A DNA stretch of 64,000 nucleotides, taken from contig CAVPBK010000006.1 of assembly GCA_963701855.1 (NCBI GenBank), positions 1,536,001-1,600,000 of the forward strand, given 5' to 3'. This DNA comes from Nitrospirota bacterium (GTDB lineage Bacteria; Nitrospirota; Nitrospiria; Nitrospirales; Nitrospiraceae). This document shows positions 21,479-30,644 of this stretch, piece after piece. The notes beneath the pieces were generated by a model. That model had not been told where the DNA came from and did no database searches. It worked only from the letters and a program-made list of their open reading frames with translations. Made by a program: the position numbers and the translations under genes. Numbering within the stretch: position 1 is the first letter of the stretch; every line of letters begins with the position of its first letter.

Positions 21479-21767
21479 TCAGTGATAATCGGTGATTGCA
21501 ACCTCATACGGTTCGTCGGCCTTCCAGAGAAAACAAATCCTCCACTGATCGTTGATCCTGATGCTGTGCTGCCCGATCCGATCCGATCCGATCCCCTCTC
21601 AACATCTCCAACCGGTTTCCCGGTGGTGAAAGCAGGTCCTTGAGATCCGACTCGTTATCGAGCATTGTGAGTTTGCGTTCAGAAACCTTCTTGAAGCTGG
21701 AGAATTCCCTCACCATCTCTCCCGCAAAGAACTGCTGTGTCTTTTTGTCCCGGCACCTTCTGATCAC
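21479..21767 (-). pseudogene. higB: HigB toxin frameshifted at a (CGATC)4 tract
   Basis: DLLSPPGNRLEMLRGDRIG, then a shift; other frame QHSIRINDQWRICFLWKADEPYEVAITDYH*. Confidence 0.9.
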
Positions 21768-21809
21768 GATCTATAACCCACCTTAGTTTTACGAGTTACG
21801 TACTACGCA

Positions 21810-22001
21810 TGTGTTAATTTGTGCTGAAAATCTGCACAATGGATCGCATTCTACAGAATCAATGGAATGGATAGAATCGTCTCAAGTCCTTGTTCGCAAA
21901 GAAAAAACGGGGAAGCCTTCGCAAAATCAAGCCGGTGATATTTTATTCTTTTCGAGCTTTTAAGGCGAGGGTCCTGGGTTCGAGTCCCAGCCGGCTCACC
22001 A
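21810..22001 (+). repeat. att-like element end, copy B, ending in the 3' half of tRNA-Lys(TTT) with CCA
   Basis: CTTTTAA anticodon loop + GAGGGTCCTGGGTTCGAGTCCCAGCCGGCTCACCA; near-identical to 25960-26148. Confidence 0.85.
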
Positions 22002-22499
22002 CATCTTTCAACAACTTCGATGCGTGCTGCTCGTCAGCCGATTCCTCGGGTACGGTTTTTGGTGCGGTTCCTAATCGGGTGAGACCCTCAACCGCATGGA
22101 ACAGGTGCGCCGGATGGGGCATTTTCGTACTTCGAAAATTTATAGAAAGTGAGCAATTGTGATCAGACAGATGTGATCCTACAGGCATAATGTTAGGTGC
22201 ATCAAAAGCTGTTTTCTTGCCAGGGGGCGGACATGCTTGCCAAAATCCATGTCAGCGGGTTGTCCTACTTTTGCACCGACGCTTCGTCAGGCCTTTATCC
22301 CGTTTGGCACGGAGGTGCTCGCACAAGTGGGTCCTCTCCCGAGACCGTCAAACATTAACGTGATGCGGGTCATAGGAGTTCACACTGATGGCGACGTTGA
22401 ATTCTCAGACCGTCCTGAATCAAGTCGAAGTATCCGCGATTCCGTCCGGTCAGAGAAACTGATGCTTGACTCCTTGAGAGCATCCGAGGGTGACAATCG

Positions 22500-22847
22500 A
22501 TGAAGCCTCAATTATTACAGTGTCAAAGCAATTGTCGGCCAGGATGCAGCATCCTGGCCCTCGTGATCGTTTTGTTCGTTCTGCCGTATTTTACTGATGT
22601 GGCCTACTATGCAGACCAAACCCCAACCCATGATGCACAAGAGAATTCAAAGGTTGAAGGAAAGTCTAAAGCGAACTATAACAAGACTCCTCTATCTGTC
22701 GCCGCCGTTCAAAGCGATTCTGTAGTTGGGCACAGTCTTACCTCACGGAATGTCTATAAGAGCATCCCCTCTCTGGCTAGCGGAACCTCCTCTTTTCAGA
22801 ATCTTTTTCTTACCTTGCTCATCTCCAGGCCTCCTCCCGTCGCGTAA
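22500..22847 (+). CDS. Small protein with N-terminal TM/signal and C-terminal SRPPP
   Basis: GAGGGT RBS; hydrophobic ILALVIVLFVL; ends LISRPPPVA. Confidence 0.6.
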   Translation: MKPQLLQCQSNCRPGCSILALVIVLFVLPYFTDVAYYADQTPTHDAQENSKVEGKSKANYNKTPLSVAAVQSDSVVGHSLTSRNVYKSIPSLASGTSSFQNLFLTLLISRPPPVA

Positions 22848-23105
22848 CCGATTCAGTCCTTCAATCTCGCGATGGGATAGAGATAAGCGTGAGTCGCTGG
22901 AGTGATTCGCCAATTTTGTCCCCTGCCAGACTTTCCCCTTTAGTTAGGGTGGGCTTGAACGCTCGAGGCTTTATTGAAGTCCGTTGAATTTTGAATGTGT
23001 GGCTCCCTCCGTGGAATTCTTCACGGAAACAAACCCAAATGGAGCCACTGAACAGGTCGATTCAAATCGAAACCGTAGGGCAGGAACCCTAGAACAGGGA
23101 AATGC

Positions 23106-24413
23106 ATGAATAGCGAGACTGATATTTTCACCAAGTGTCGTGCTTTTGAAGACGCGAAACGTGTGCAGGCTGCGGGTGTCTATCCATTTTTTAGACCGAT
23201 TGAAGCGACTATTGGATCTGCTGTTGTCACCCATGGCCGGCGTCGAGTGATGATCGGATCGAATAATTATTTGGGTTTGACTCATCACCCCCGCGTTCTA
23301 GCCGCAGCTAAAGCCGCAATTGATCATTTTGGGACGGGCTGCACGGGGTCCCGTTTTCTCAACGGGAACCTCGTCCTTCATGAACAGCTTGAGCAAGAGC
23401 TCGCGCATTTTCTTGGCAGGGAGGCGTGCCTGGTTTTTGCGACGGGCTTTATTGCTAATCAGGGAAGTATTTCCTGCATCGTTGGCCGCCACGATGTCAT
23501 TTATTGCGATCGTGAGAACCATGCCTCCATCATCGAAGCCACTCGGTTGGCGATTGGCGATACCATCAAGTTTCGCCACAATGATATGGCGGATTTGGAA
23601 CGAATTCTGATCCGCACTCGCGGAAAATATCAAGGCGCGTTGATTGTCGCCGACGGCGTATTCTCCATGTCGGGCGACATCTTCAAGTTCCCGGAAGCGG
23701 TTTCGTTGGCCAAAAAGTACCATTGCCGTATGTACATTGATGACGCGCATGCTTTGGGCGTCATGGGTCCCAAAGGCCAGGGCACTGAATCTCACTTCAA
23801 CATGCTGGGCGCAGCAGACCTGGTCATGGGAACATTTTCCAAGTCGTTTGCCTCGATCGGGGGTTATGTTGCGGGTGCCGCTGACGTAATCCATTATATC
23901 AAGCATAAGGCTCGATCGTTCATCTTCAGCGCCGCAATGCCTCCTGCCGCGGCGGCCGCGGCGTTGGAATGTCTCAAGATCGTGATGGAAGATACGTCAC
24001 ATCTTGAAAGCCTCTGGCGCAATGCCGGCAAGATGAATCAGGGTTTACGCCGAATGGGTTTTAATACATTGAATAGCAGTACTCCCATCATCCCTCTCTT
24101 TATTGGTGATGATCATAGGGCGTTTCAGTTTACCCAGAAGTTGTATGAACAGGGCGTTTTTGCAACCCCGGTGGTGTGTCCCGCGGTTCTAGAGGGCTGT
24201 GCGTTAATTCGTACAAGCTATATGGCCACCCACACCAATGAGGATCTGGATTACGCTCTCAATACCCTTGAAACGTTAGGTAAGGAATTCGGAATCATTG
24301 GTAAGCGTGGTCGCCATCAAGAACATGCCTTTCTTGAGCAGCCGCATTTTGGAATTTCAAGTGTTGACCTGATTAAGGTAAAACAGCCTAGGGTGTTGTT
24401 GAAGGTGAGCTAA
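23106..24413 (+). CDS. PLP alpha-oxoamine synthase, serine palmitoyltransferase-like
   Basis: GVYPFFRPIE N-terminus, GSNNYLGL, GCTGSRFLNG, NHASI, DDAH, GTFSKS (PLP Lys). Confidence 0.85.
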   Translation: MNSETDIFTKCRAFEDAKRVQAAGVYPFFRPIEATIGSAVVTHGRRRVMIGSNNYLGLTHHPRVLAAAKAAIDHFGTGCTGSRFLNGNLVLHEQLEQELAHFLGREACLVFATGFIANQGSISCIVGRHDVIYCDRENHASIIEATRLAIGDTIKFRHNDMADLERILIRTRGKYQGALIVADGVFSMSGDIFKFPEAVSLAKKYHCRMYIDDAHALGVMGPKGQGTESHFNMLGAADLVMGTFSKSFASIGGYVAGAADVIHYIKHKARSFIFSAAMPPAAAAAALECLKIVMEDTSHLESLWRNAGKMNQGLRRMGFNTLNSSTPIIPLFIGDDHRAFQFTQKLYEQGVFATPVVCPAVLEGCALIRTSYMATHTNEDLDYALNTLETLGKEFGIIGKRGRHQEHAFLEQPHFGISSVDLIKVKQPRVLLKVS

Positions 24414-24588
24414 GCCCGGGTCCGACTTGGATACTTTTGGTGATGTTGCTTGGGGAGTTTATACGAGCGATCCATATTGAGTTCGGCCTTTGCGTGTCGC
24501 TGTCCGCGATCTTCTGGATGGTGAGGAAGAACCTACTGCTGTCCAAGACAGGATTTACCCCACGACGATCAACTCAACCGGCGAAAAC

Positions 24589-24984
24589 ATGAATTGGCAT
24601 AGGTTGGCTTGGATGCAGCGTATTGCGGCGGCCGCGATCGTAGTATTTTGGATCACGTTCTGGGCAGATCATGACGGCGTACTCCCAGATGTCTTGGATT
24701 ATGAGTCGAATTTCTTCATCCCAGACCTAGTTTGGATCGCGGGACTCTTACTAACTGCCAGTTATTGGCTCAAGAACAACGACACTCGTGGGATTGTGGC
24801 AAGTTCTGCAGCGGCGGGCGGACTGGTTTTTCTGGGTCTACTGGACGTTCATTTTAACTGGCGCCACGGTCAATACGTCTCTTCACCCCAAGGTTGGCTC
24901 AACGTGGTTGTGAATGTCGGATGCATCTGGTTTGGCCTCTGGACCCTCGTCGTGATGATGCGCGGTTCTGTGAGGGAGAAGTGA
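24589..24984 (+). CDS. Four-TM hypothetical membrane protein
   Basis: Four hydrophobic segments; YESNFFIPD motif; GTGA overlap with the next gene. Confidence 0.7.
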   Translation: MNWHRLAWMQRIAAAAIVVFWITFWADHDGVLPDVLDYESNFFIPDLVWIAGLLLTASYWLKNNDTRGIVASSAAAGGLVFLGLLDVHFNWRHGQYVSSPQGWLNVVVNVGCIWFGLWTLVVMMRGSVREK

Positions 24985-25859
24985 CGGAAAAGCGGATCCT
25001 AGTGACGGGAGCGTCATCCGGAATCGGCCGGGCTTGCGTCTTGCGATTGGCAGCTGCGGGCCACCGGGTGATTGGGGTGTCCCGATCGGAAATCGCGACC
25101 GATGCGAAGTCCGGCCCTGGGCCACTTTCCGGCAACATCGAGTACTTGCGGATGGACATCGCGGATGCGGATACAGTGCAGCAAACAGTGGAAGAAGCTG
25201 TCAGTAGGATGAGTCGGCTCGACGCGGTTATCAACTCGGCAGGCATCGCGGTAGCAGGATCGCTGGAGGATACGCCTCTGGAACTTGTACGCTCACAGAT
25301 GGAGACGAATCTGCTCGGGGCTATCTACTTGACGCGCGCAGCAGTACCGCATCTTCGCCGTAGTGCTCCCAGCTGCCTGATCCACGTTTCTTCTCTGGCT
25401 GGAGAAGTTGCGCTTCCGTATCAGGCGCTCTACTGTGCCACCAAATTCGGGCTGAATGGGTTATGCGAGGCGCTCCGCTACGAACTCGAGCCGCAAGGGA
25501 TTCGGGTAATATCGGTCCAGCCGGGCAGTGTACAAACGGAGCTGACTAAGAACCGTCAGACCGTTGCTGCCAGCGAGCCCTATCAGGCTTCGGCTAACGC
25601 AGCGCTGGCTGTAAACGATGCTGACGAGGAATCCGGAGTGGGTCCGGACGTAGTTGCTCAGATGGTGGAGGAAGCGATTTGCGATGAGAAGGCAATGGGG
25701 TGGCAAACCGTCGGTCACTTTAAGGAGCGGATAACTGTCCCCGCGCGGCGCCTATTGCCAGATCGCTGGTTTCGACGAATCATCGCATCTCATTACGCTA
25801 TTGCCTCGGCTCACTTCAAGCAACGCGCAGGGAAAGCACCGGATGACGAGGTGGGCTGA
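24981..25859 (+). CDS. SDR oxidoreductase, 3-ketodihydrosphingosine reductase-like
   Basis: TGASSGIG, NSAG, YCATK; downstream of the SPT-like gene. Confidence 0.85.
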   Translation: MTEKRILVTGASSGIGRACVLRLAAAGHRVIGVSRSEIATDAKSGPGPLSGNIEYLRMDIADADTVQQTVEEAVSRMSRLDAVINSAGIAVAGSLEDTPLELVRSQMETNLLGAIYLTRAAVPHLRRSAPSCLIHVSSLAGEVALPYQALYCATKFGLNGLCEALRYELEPQGIRVISVQPGSVQTELTKNRQTVAASEPYQASANAALAVNDADEESGVGPDVVAQMVEEAICDEKAMGWQTVGHFKERITVPARRLLPDRWFRRIIASHYAIASAHFKQRAGKAPDDEVG

Positions 25860-25932
25860 CGCCAATTCAGCACCTCTTATAGTCAAAATTTGTGGGTTCT
25901 TGCGCTGTGGTGTTTCAGCATTTCACCCAGTC

Positions 25933-26156
25933 TGTCTCAACCGAGGGGTTCACCCCAAAGGGATGTGCTAAATTCGTGCTAGAAATCTTCACAATGTGGA
26001 TCGCATTCTACAGAATCAATGGAATGGATAGAATCGTCTCAAGTCCTTGTTCGAAAAGAAAAACGGGGAAGCCTTCGCAAAATCAAGCCGGTGATATTTT
26101 AGTCTTTTCGAGCTTTTAAGGCGAGGGTCCTGGGTTCGAGTCCCAGCCACCGCACC
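25933..26156 (+). repeat. att-like element end, copy C, with tRNA-Lys 3' fragment
   Basis: Direct repeat of 21810-21993; acceptor end diverged (CCACCGCACC). Confidence 0.85.
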
Positions 26157-26348
26157 GCTTCGTACTGTAGACAGAACCTTCAAAACGAATTTCTACTTTG
26201 TCATTCCTGGGAACCATCTTCCAGCGCCAACTTGCAAGGAGTTGTAGCTCGTTTTAGTCAAAAACGTGTCGCGCAAAACCCGATTCATTTGCAACCTTGC
26301 ATAGTAGTGCTATCTTAACCGTAAGAGCCACGAATGGAGGTTTGTTCC

Positions 26349-26801
26349 ATGAAGCCTATTCTCTATCACGACATTGACGGTGTGTTATTCGGTGAGTACG
26401 CCGGAGAATTCCAGCTCCGTCCAGGTACGAAGACGTGGATCAAGTGGGCGCGGGAACACTTCGACATTGTGTTTCTTACCATGTGGAAACACGAAGAGAT
26501 TGATACACTGTTAGCCGTTCTCACAGTGGAGAAATGCATGAAATCCCTTCAAGCTCCAGGCTTCCATTCGGCAAACTGGCAGAAGTACGAAAACAAGGAA
26601 CTCTGGGTGGCTGATGCGGTAGCGAAGACCGGCAAACGTGACTGGCTTTGGATCGATGATGAGGTGCCAAACGTGGATAGGCTCCAGCACCTTGGCCTTG
26701 ATCCGAATCGGTGTTTCAAGGTCAACTCAAAGGGAGCCAACGAGCTAGAAGTGCTCAAAGAAAAACTGCTCCAACTTCTCAGCCGTCCCCAAGCTGCATA
26801 A
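26349..26801 (+). CDS. HAD-superfamily protein
   Basis: DIDGVL motif I, LT motif II, WIDD motif IV; GGAGG RBS. Confidence 0.75.
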   Translation: MKPILYHDIDGVLFGEYAGEFQLRPGTKTWIKWAREHFDIVFLTMWKHEEIDTLLAVLTVEKCMKSLQAPGFHSANWQKYENKELWVADAVAKTGKRDWLWIDDEVPNVDRLQHLGLDPNRCFKVNSKGANELEVLKEKLLQLLSRPQAA

Positions 26802-26833
26802 GCCTTAAAAATCTTGCCAAAAATGTGTCAGGG

Positions 26834-27780
26834 TGAGCTTCCCCCGAAATTTCGTCTTCCAAGGGTGACGTAGAATCGCAGTCATCATGAAAGGGAGGGC
26901 GATGAAGATACCGAAGCAGCACTATCCGAGCGAGTTCAAGGACTTGGCGGTGAAGCGAGTCAAAGACGGACTGTCAGCTGGCGCGGCGGCCAAGGAGTTG
27001 GGGCTGGTCGAACAAACGCGACGGAACTGGGTCAAGGCGGCCGCGGCAGACACGCTCAACGGGGCGGGAGCTCCGGTGGTCACACCGGAGCAGATGGCAC
27101 TATCACGACTGCGCGCCGAGCACGTGCGACTGAAGCGGGGAACGAAATCCTAAAAAAAGCGACGGCAGACTTCGCAAGGGACACGCTGTGACGTATGCCT
27201 GGATGGACGTGCAGCGCATGGCCTACACCCTGGACAAGATGTGTGCGGTCCTGGCGGTGAGCGAAAGCGGTTATCGCGCCTGGAAGCACGGCGGCACGCC
27301 CGATCGCACACGGCTGACAGACGCCCAGATGCTGGCGCTGACCCGCGCCAGTCACACAGAACTCAAGGGCGCCTACGGTGATCAACGCACTGACGATGGC
27401 GTGGTTCCGACGGAAACCGGCCGTGGGGCTGCTGCATCACTCGGATCGGGGCAGCCAGTACGCCAGCCAACCCTTCCAGGTCAAGCTGACGGTCTATGGC
27501 ATGGAGGGCTCCATGAGTCGCAAGGAAAATTGTTGGGATAACGCGCCCATCTAGAGTTGGTTCAACAGTTTTAAGAACGAGCGGGTCCATGGGTTGCGTT
27601 ATGCCACACGCGCAGAGATGACGGCGGCGAGCTTCGAGTACATTGAGGTGTTCTACAACCGGACGCGACGGCACTCGAGGTTGGGCTACCAGTACCGATG
27701 CAGTTTCTGGAGGATTGGCGTCTGGCTCAACATGAGAAAAACCTGGTAGCATGAAACTCGCCCGATGGAAGACGAAAAAC
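26834..27780 (+). mobile_element. Decayed IS3-family element
   Basis: Left IR TGAGCTTCCCCCGAAATTTCGTCTTCC, partial right IR GGAAGACGAAA; OrfA, A7G site, internally deleted OrfB ([16 protein letters not shown]). Confidence 0.85.
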
Positions 27781-27873
27781 AGCCCTATGATTCCAGCAGT
27801 CCACGAATCCCTCTACGGCCCCGGCCTTCGGATCGAAGGGCGCCGATCCACCAGCTGAATCGCTCTAGGTGAT
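27781..27873 (+). pseudogene. 3' remnant of the NPY-repeat gene family (similar to 13980-14075)
   Basis: ...CACGAATC..CTACGG..CGGCCTTCGGAT.GAAGG.CGC...GCTGAATCGCTC..GGTGATC shared. Confidence 0.6.
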
Positions 27874-28031
27874 CGCAAGGATACCGTTCATATTTGTTTC
27901 CCTCTCAGTGACATGCTAGCCTTCCTGGTGTCCTTCCTGAACGGAGATCCCATTCCGCACCAACTTTGCATCCAGTCCTGCCGAGTGTTGCTTCTCATCC
28001 GTGGATTTCCTTGCCAACGAGCTACAACCTA

Positions 28032-28568
28032 ATGGACCCGATCACGCACACGTGTTCCGGCATTCTACTGGGGCAGGGGTTGCGTCCACTCACGGCGGTG
28101 CGGAAGACGACGCTGCTGGTGGCCGGACTGGCTGCCTTCGCGCTGGATGTCGATTCCGTCAGTTATCTCTGGGGATCAGACGCCTTTTATCGTGTGCATC
28201 ATACCTACACGCATACGTTTGTGGGCCTTGTCGTGGTGGCGCTGGTGCTGGCCGCAATCGAGAGCCGCTGGCTCAAGACTCTGTCCTTCGCGCGTCTGCT
28301 GGGGATCAACCTGGGCGGAGGCGCGATCCATCTGTGCGGCGACATGATCGCACTCTGGCCGCTCCGCATCCTCTGGCCATTCAGCGATCATGATTTCGTT
28401 CTCAAATGGACCAGTGACTTCGATTATGTGGTGCTCGCGGTGGTGGTCGTCGCGACCGGCTTATCTGAAACGGATGGCTTTCAGCACCGTGCTCCCTGGA
28501 TCATTGCCGGAGCATTCCTTCTACTGGTTGCCTATTTCCTGTTCATCCCCGGTTGGGGAGCGGCGTGA
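28032..28568 (+). CDS. YdjM-like membrane metal-dependent hydrolase
   Basis: MDPITH, DVD, HHTYTHT, HLCGD motifs. Confidence 0.8.
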   Translation: MDPITHTCSGILLGQGLRPLTAVRKTTLLVAGLAAFALDVDSVSYLWGSDAFYRVHHTYTHTFVGLVVVALVLAAIESRWLKTLSFARLLGINLGGGAIHLCGDMIALWPLRILWPFSDHDFVLKWTSDFDYVVLAVVVVATGLSETDGFQHRAPWIIAGAFLLLVAYFLFIPGWGAA

Positions 28569-28853
28569 ACCCGGTCATGTATCCGCTCACCTCCTGGGTT
28601 GGTCTTCCCCTGATTTTGTAGACACCTTCCACGCATAATCAGCGAAGGGAGGTACCTCATGGGCCAGCAGCGACAAAGCTTCCTGTCCACATGTTAAGTG
28701 GGCCACAACATGTAAATTGAACGACCTCCTCCTAGGCTCACGGCTGTATCGTTTCCTCTCCTCCGTATTGATTCCCATTCACACGTCCTGCGCCTCAAGA
28801 TCTTCCCCATATACAATTCACGCACATGCGAATCATCATGAGCGGTGTCCTCT

Positions 28854-28869
28854 CGGCATGAGAGTTGCG
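28854..28869 (+). promoter_or_regulatory. Possible sigma-54 promoter
   Basis: CGGCATGAGAGTTGCG: GG-N10-GC with TTGC. Confidence 0.4.
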
Positions 28870-29092
28870 TTCCACTCGCGTATTATCGGATGCACACGTC
28901 AAGACTGAACCGGGCCGAAGGGAAACCAACATATTTAAATGGTTGGACAAGTTTACGAATCGATAATAAATTACTCATCTGTACGTAACACCTGAACTGT
29001 ACGGTATATCTAGTAGGGTACGGTTATGACAACCCCAAACAGATGGGTGGTCAACAAGTGAAGGAATCTCTTAGGAAGGAGACGATCCGTTT

Positions 29093-29332
29093 ATGCATGG
29101 AACTGAAGCCGCTCACATCCCTGATGGAAGGATCCGGATCAAGGTTCCCGAAGTCAAAGGCTCCCATGCAATGGCCGGCGAAATGGAGAGCCAGTTGACC
29201 AAGTTGGAGGGTGTGGCCCATGTGAAGGTCAACCTGCTAACTGGGTCTGTCCTGGTCCTATTCGATGCTCAGGTCATTAGCCACTATCAAGTCTTTGCCG
29301 TGATCAACGACCTCACGTGCTTGATCGGGTAG
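29093..29332 (+). CDS. HMA2-like small domain protein (possibly truncated)
   Basis: HIPDGRIRIKVP...VKVNLLTGSVLVLFD. Confidence 0.7.
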   Translation: MHGTEAAHIPDGRIRIKVPEVKGSHAMAGEMESQLTKLEGVAHVKVNLLTGSVLVLFDAQVISHYQVFAVINDLTCLIG

Positions 29333-29601
29333 GCCTCCGTTTCTCTTCGCTCGCACCATGCCGCCAGTACGTCGCACGTTCAAGACCACGATGAACGCAC
29401 GACATCGCTCCGTGAGCTGACAACAATAGTCGGAGAAAGATGAGAAATGGTTATGGGTATTACGCTAGAACAACAGACAGAGAACGTTCAGATTGCCGAT
29501 GTCAGAAGACAGGCGGAAGAAGGCGACGCAGAGGTGCACTACCGCCTCGGGGTACTGCATCAGAAAGGACCGCGTTCAACCGTACAGCGGTGCAGGGGTT
29601 T

Positions 29602-30243
29602 ATGAGCAAGATATATCCGTCTATGGCAGTGTTGGTCCTCGCCCTCGTTGGCCCGGTGGGTTGTGACTACAAATCGCACGCGGTCGGGGAGACGAATCCA
29701 GTCCGTGTCGCGGAGATGAAGCAGTCCCTTCGCAGTCTCTGGCTTGGGCACATCTATTGGGTTCAGCACGCCTTGTTGAACAACGCGACGAACAGTCTGG
29801 CAGAGCGGAATGCCGCCGAGAAGGAAGTCGTGGCCAACGCCAAACTGATTGCGAACATGGTGACGCCGTTCTATGGCGAAGCACGGTCTGAGCAGCTCTT
29901 TACGTTGCTGATCAGCCATGTTGCCGCCATCAAAGAATACTCCGAGGCCACCGTCGCGGGGCATACGGGCCGGCAGGAGGCTGCGCTGGCCCGCTTGGCG
30001 TCCAATGTCGACGACCTCGCCGAATTTTTCAACGGAGCCAATCCCTCCTACCTGCCGAAAGACACCGTTCGGGGCCTGATCGCGGCGCATGTCGCGCACC
30101 ATGTCCTCCAAATCAACCAGTACAAGAACAAGGAATATGCGCACCTAGGGGAAACCTGGCCGATGATGCGACAACACGTCTATCTCATTGCCGATACACT
30201 CACGGCAGCATTGGTGAAGCAGTTTCCGAGCGAGTTCTCGTAA
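29602..30243 (+). CDS. Secreted all-helical His-containing hypothetical protein
   Basis: LRSLWLGHIYWV, LLISH, AAHVAHH, MRQHVYLIAD. Confidence 0.7.
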   Translation: MSKIYPSMAVLVLALVGPVGCDYKSHAVGETNPVRVAEMKQSLRSLWLGHIYWVQHALLNNATNSLAERNAAEKEVVANAKLIANMVTPFYGEARSEQLFTLLISHVAAIKEYSEATVAGHTGRQEAALARLASNVDDLAEFFNGANPSYLPKDTVRGLIAAHVAHHVLQINQYKNKEYAHLGETWPMMRQHVYLIADTLTAALVKQFPSEFS

Positions 30244-30374
30244 CGGGCGAGAGAGGTCGTCGCCTCTGTCGATTCCGAGGAGTTGAGCCGCATGTTCGGC
30301 TGTACTCGATCCCCAAGCTCATTACGTACGGCAGCTGCGAGGATCAGTGAAGCGGGCAGTTGCCCGCATTGCGG

Positions 30375-30568
30375 CTGCGTCACCAGAGCCAGATGCACAG
30401 ACAGAGTCCCACTCCATCGCGCAACACCTGCCAGTCTTCTTCTTACAAAATAAGAAATACGGGGCCCTGACCCGGACCAGCCCCTCAAATCGGGGAGAGG
30501 AGCTCCGTCTACAACGAGTATCGAATTCTCAGGCGCGAAGTGGGCGTCAAATCAGCGAATGAGAAGAG
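30375..30568. repeat. ~195-bp non-coding direct repeat, copy 1
   Basis: Differs from 37785-37979 at about seven positions. Confidence 0.9.
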
Positions 30569-30644
30569 GGGCAGACCTGATCACAAAACAGATGATTGAG
30601 AGACAATATGATCGCTCTCTGTACCCATAGTCTCGCATTACTTG

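Noticed and set aside
21954..22001. Intact tRNA-Lys gene
   Set aside because: Only the anticodon loop to CCA is present; no D-arm or 5' acceptor strand. Treated as an att remnant, as is the copy at 26110-26156
22305..22319. Sigma-54 promoter TGGCACGGAGGTGC
   Set aside because: GG-to-GC spacing is 9, not the required 10
23106..24413. bioF or kbl assignment
   Set aside because: No bio or tdh genes nearby and the GTFSKS motif favours SPT; gene symbol withheld pending phylogeny
30375..30568. Fluoride or other known riboswitch in the 195-bp repeat
   Set aside because: Partial GATGGAG similarity only; the pseudoknot partner and consensus are not found by eye
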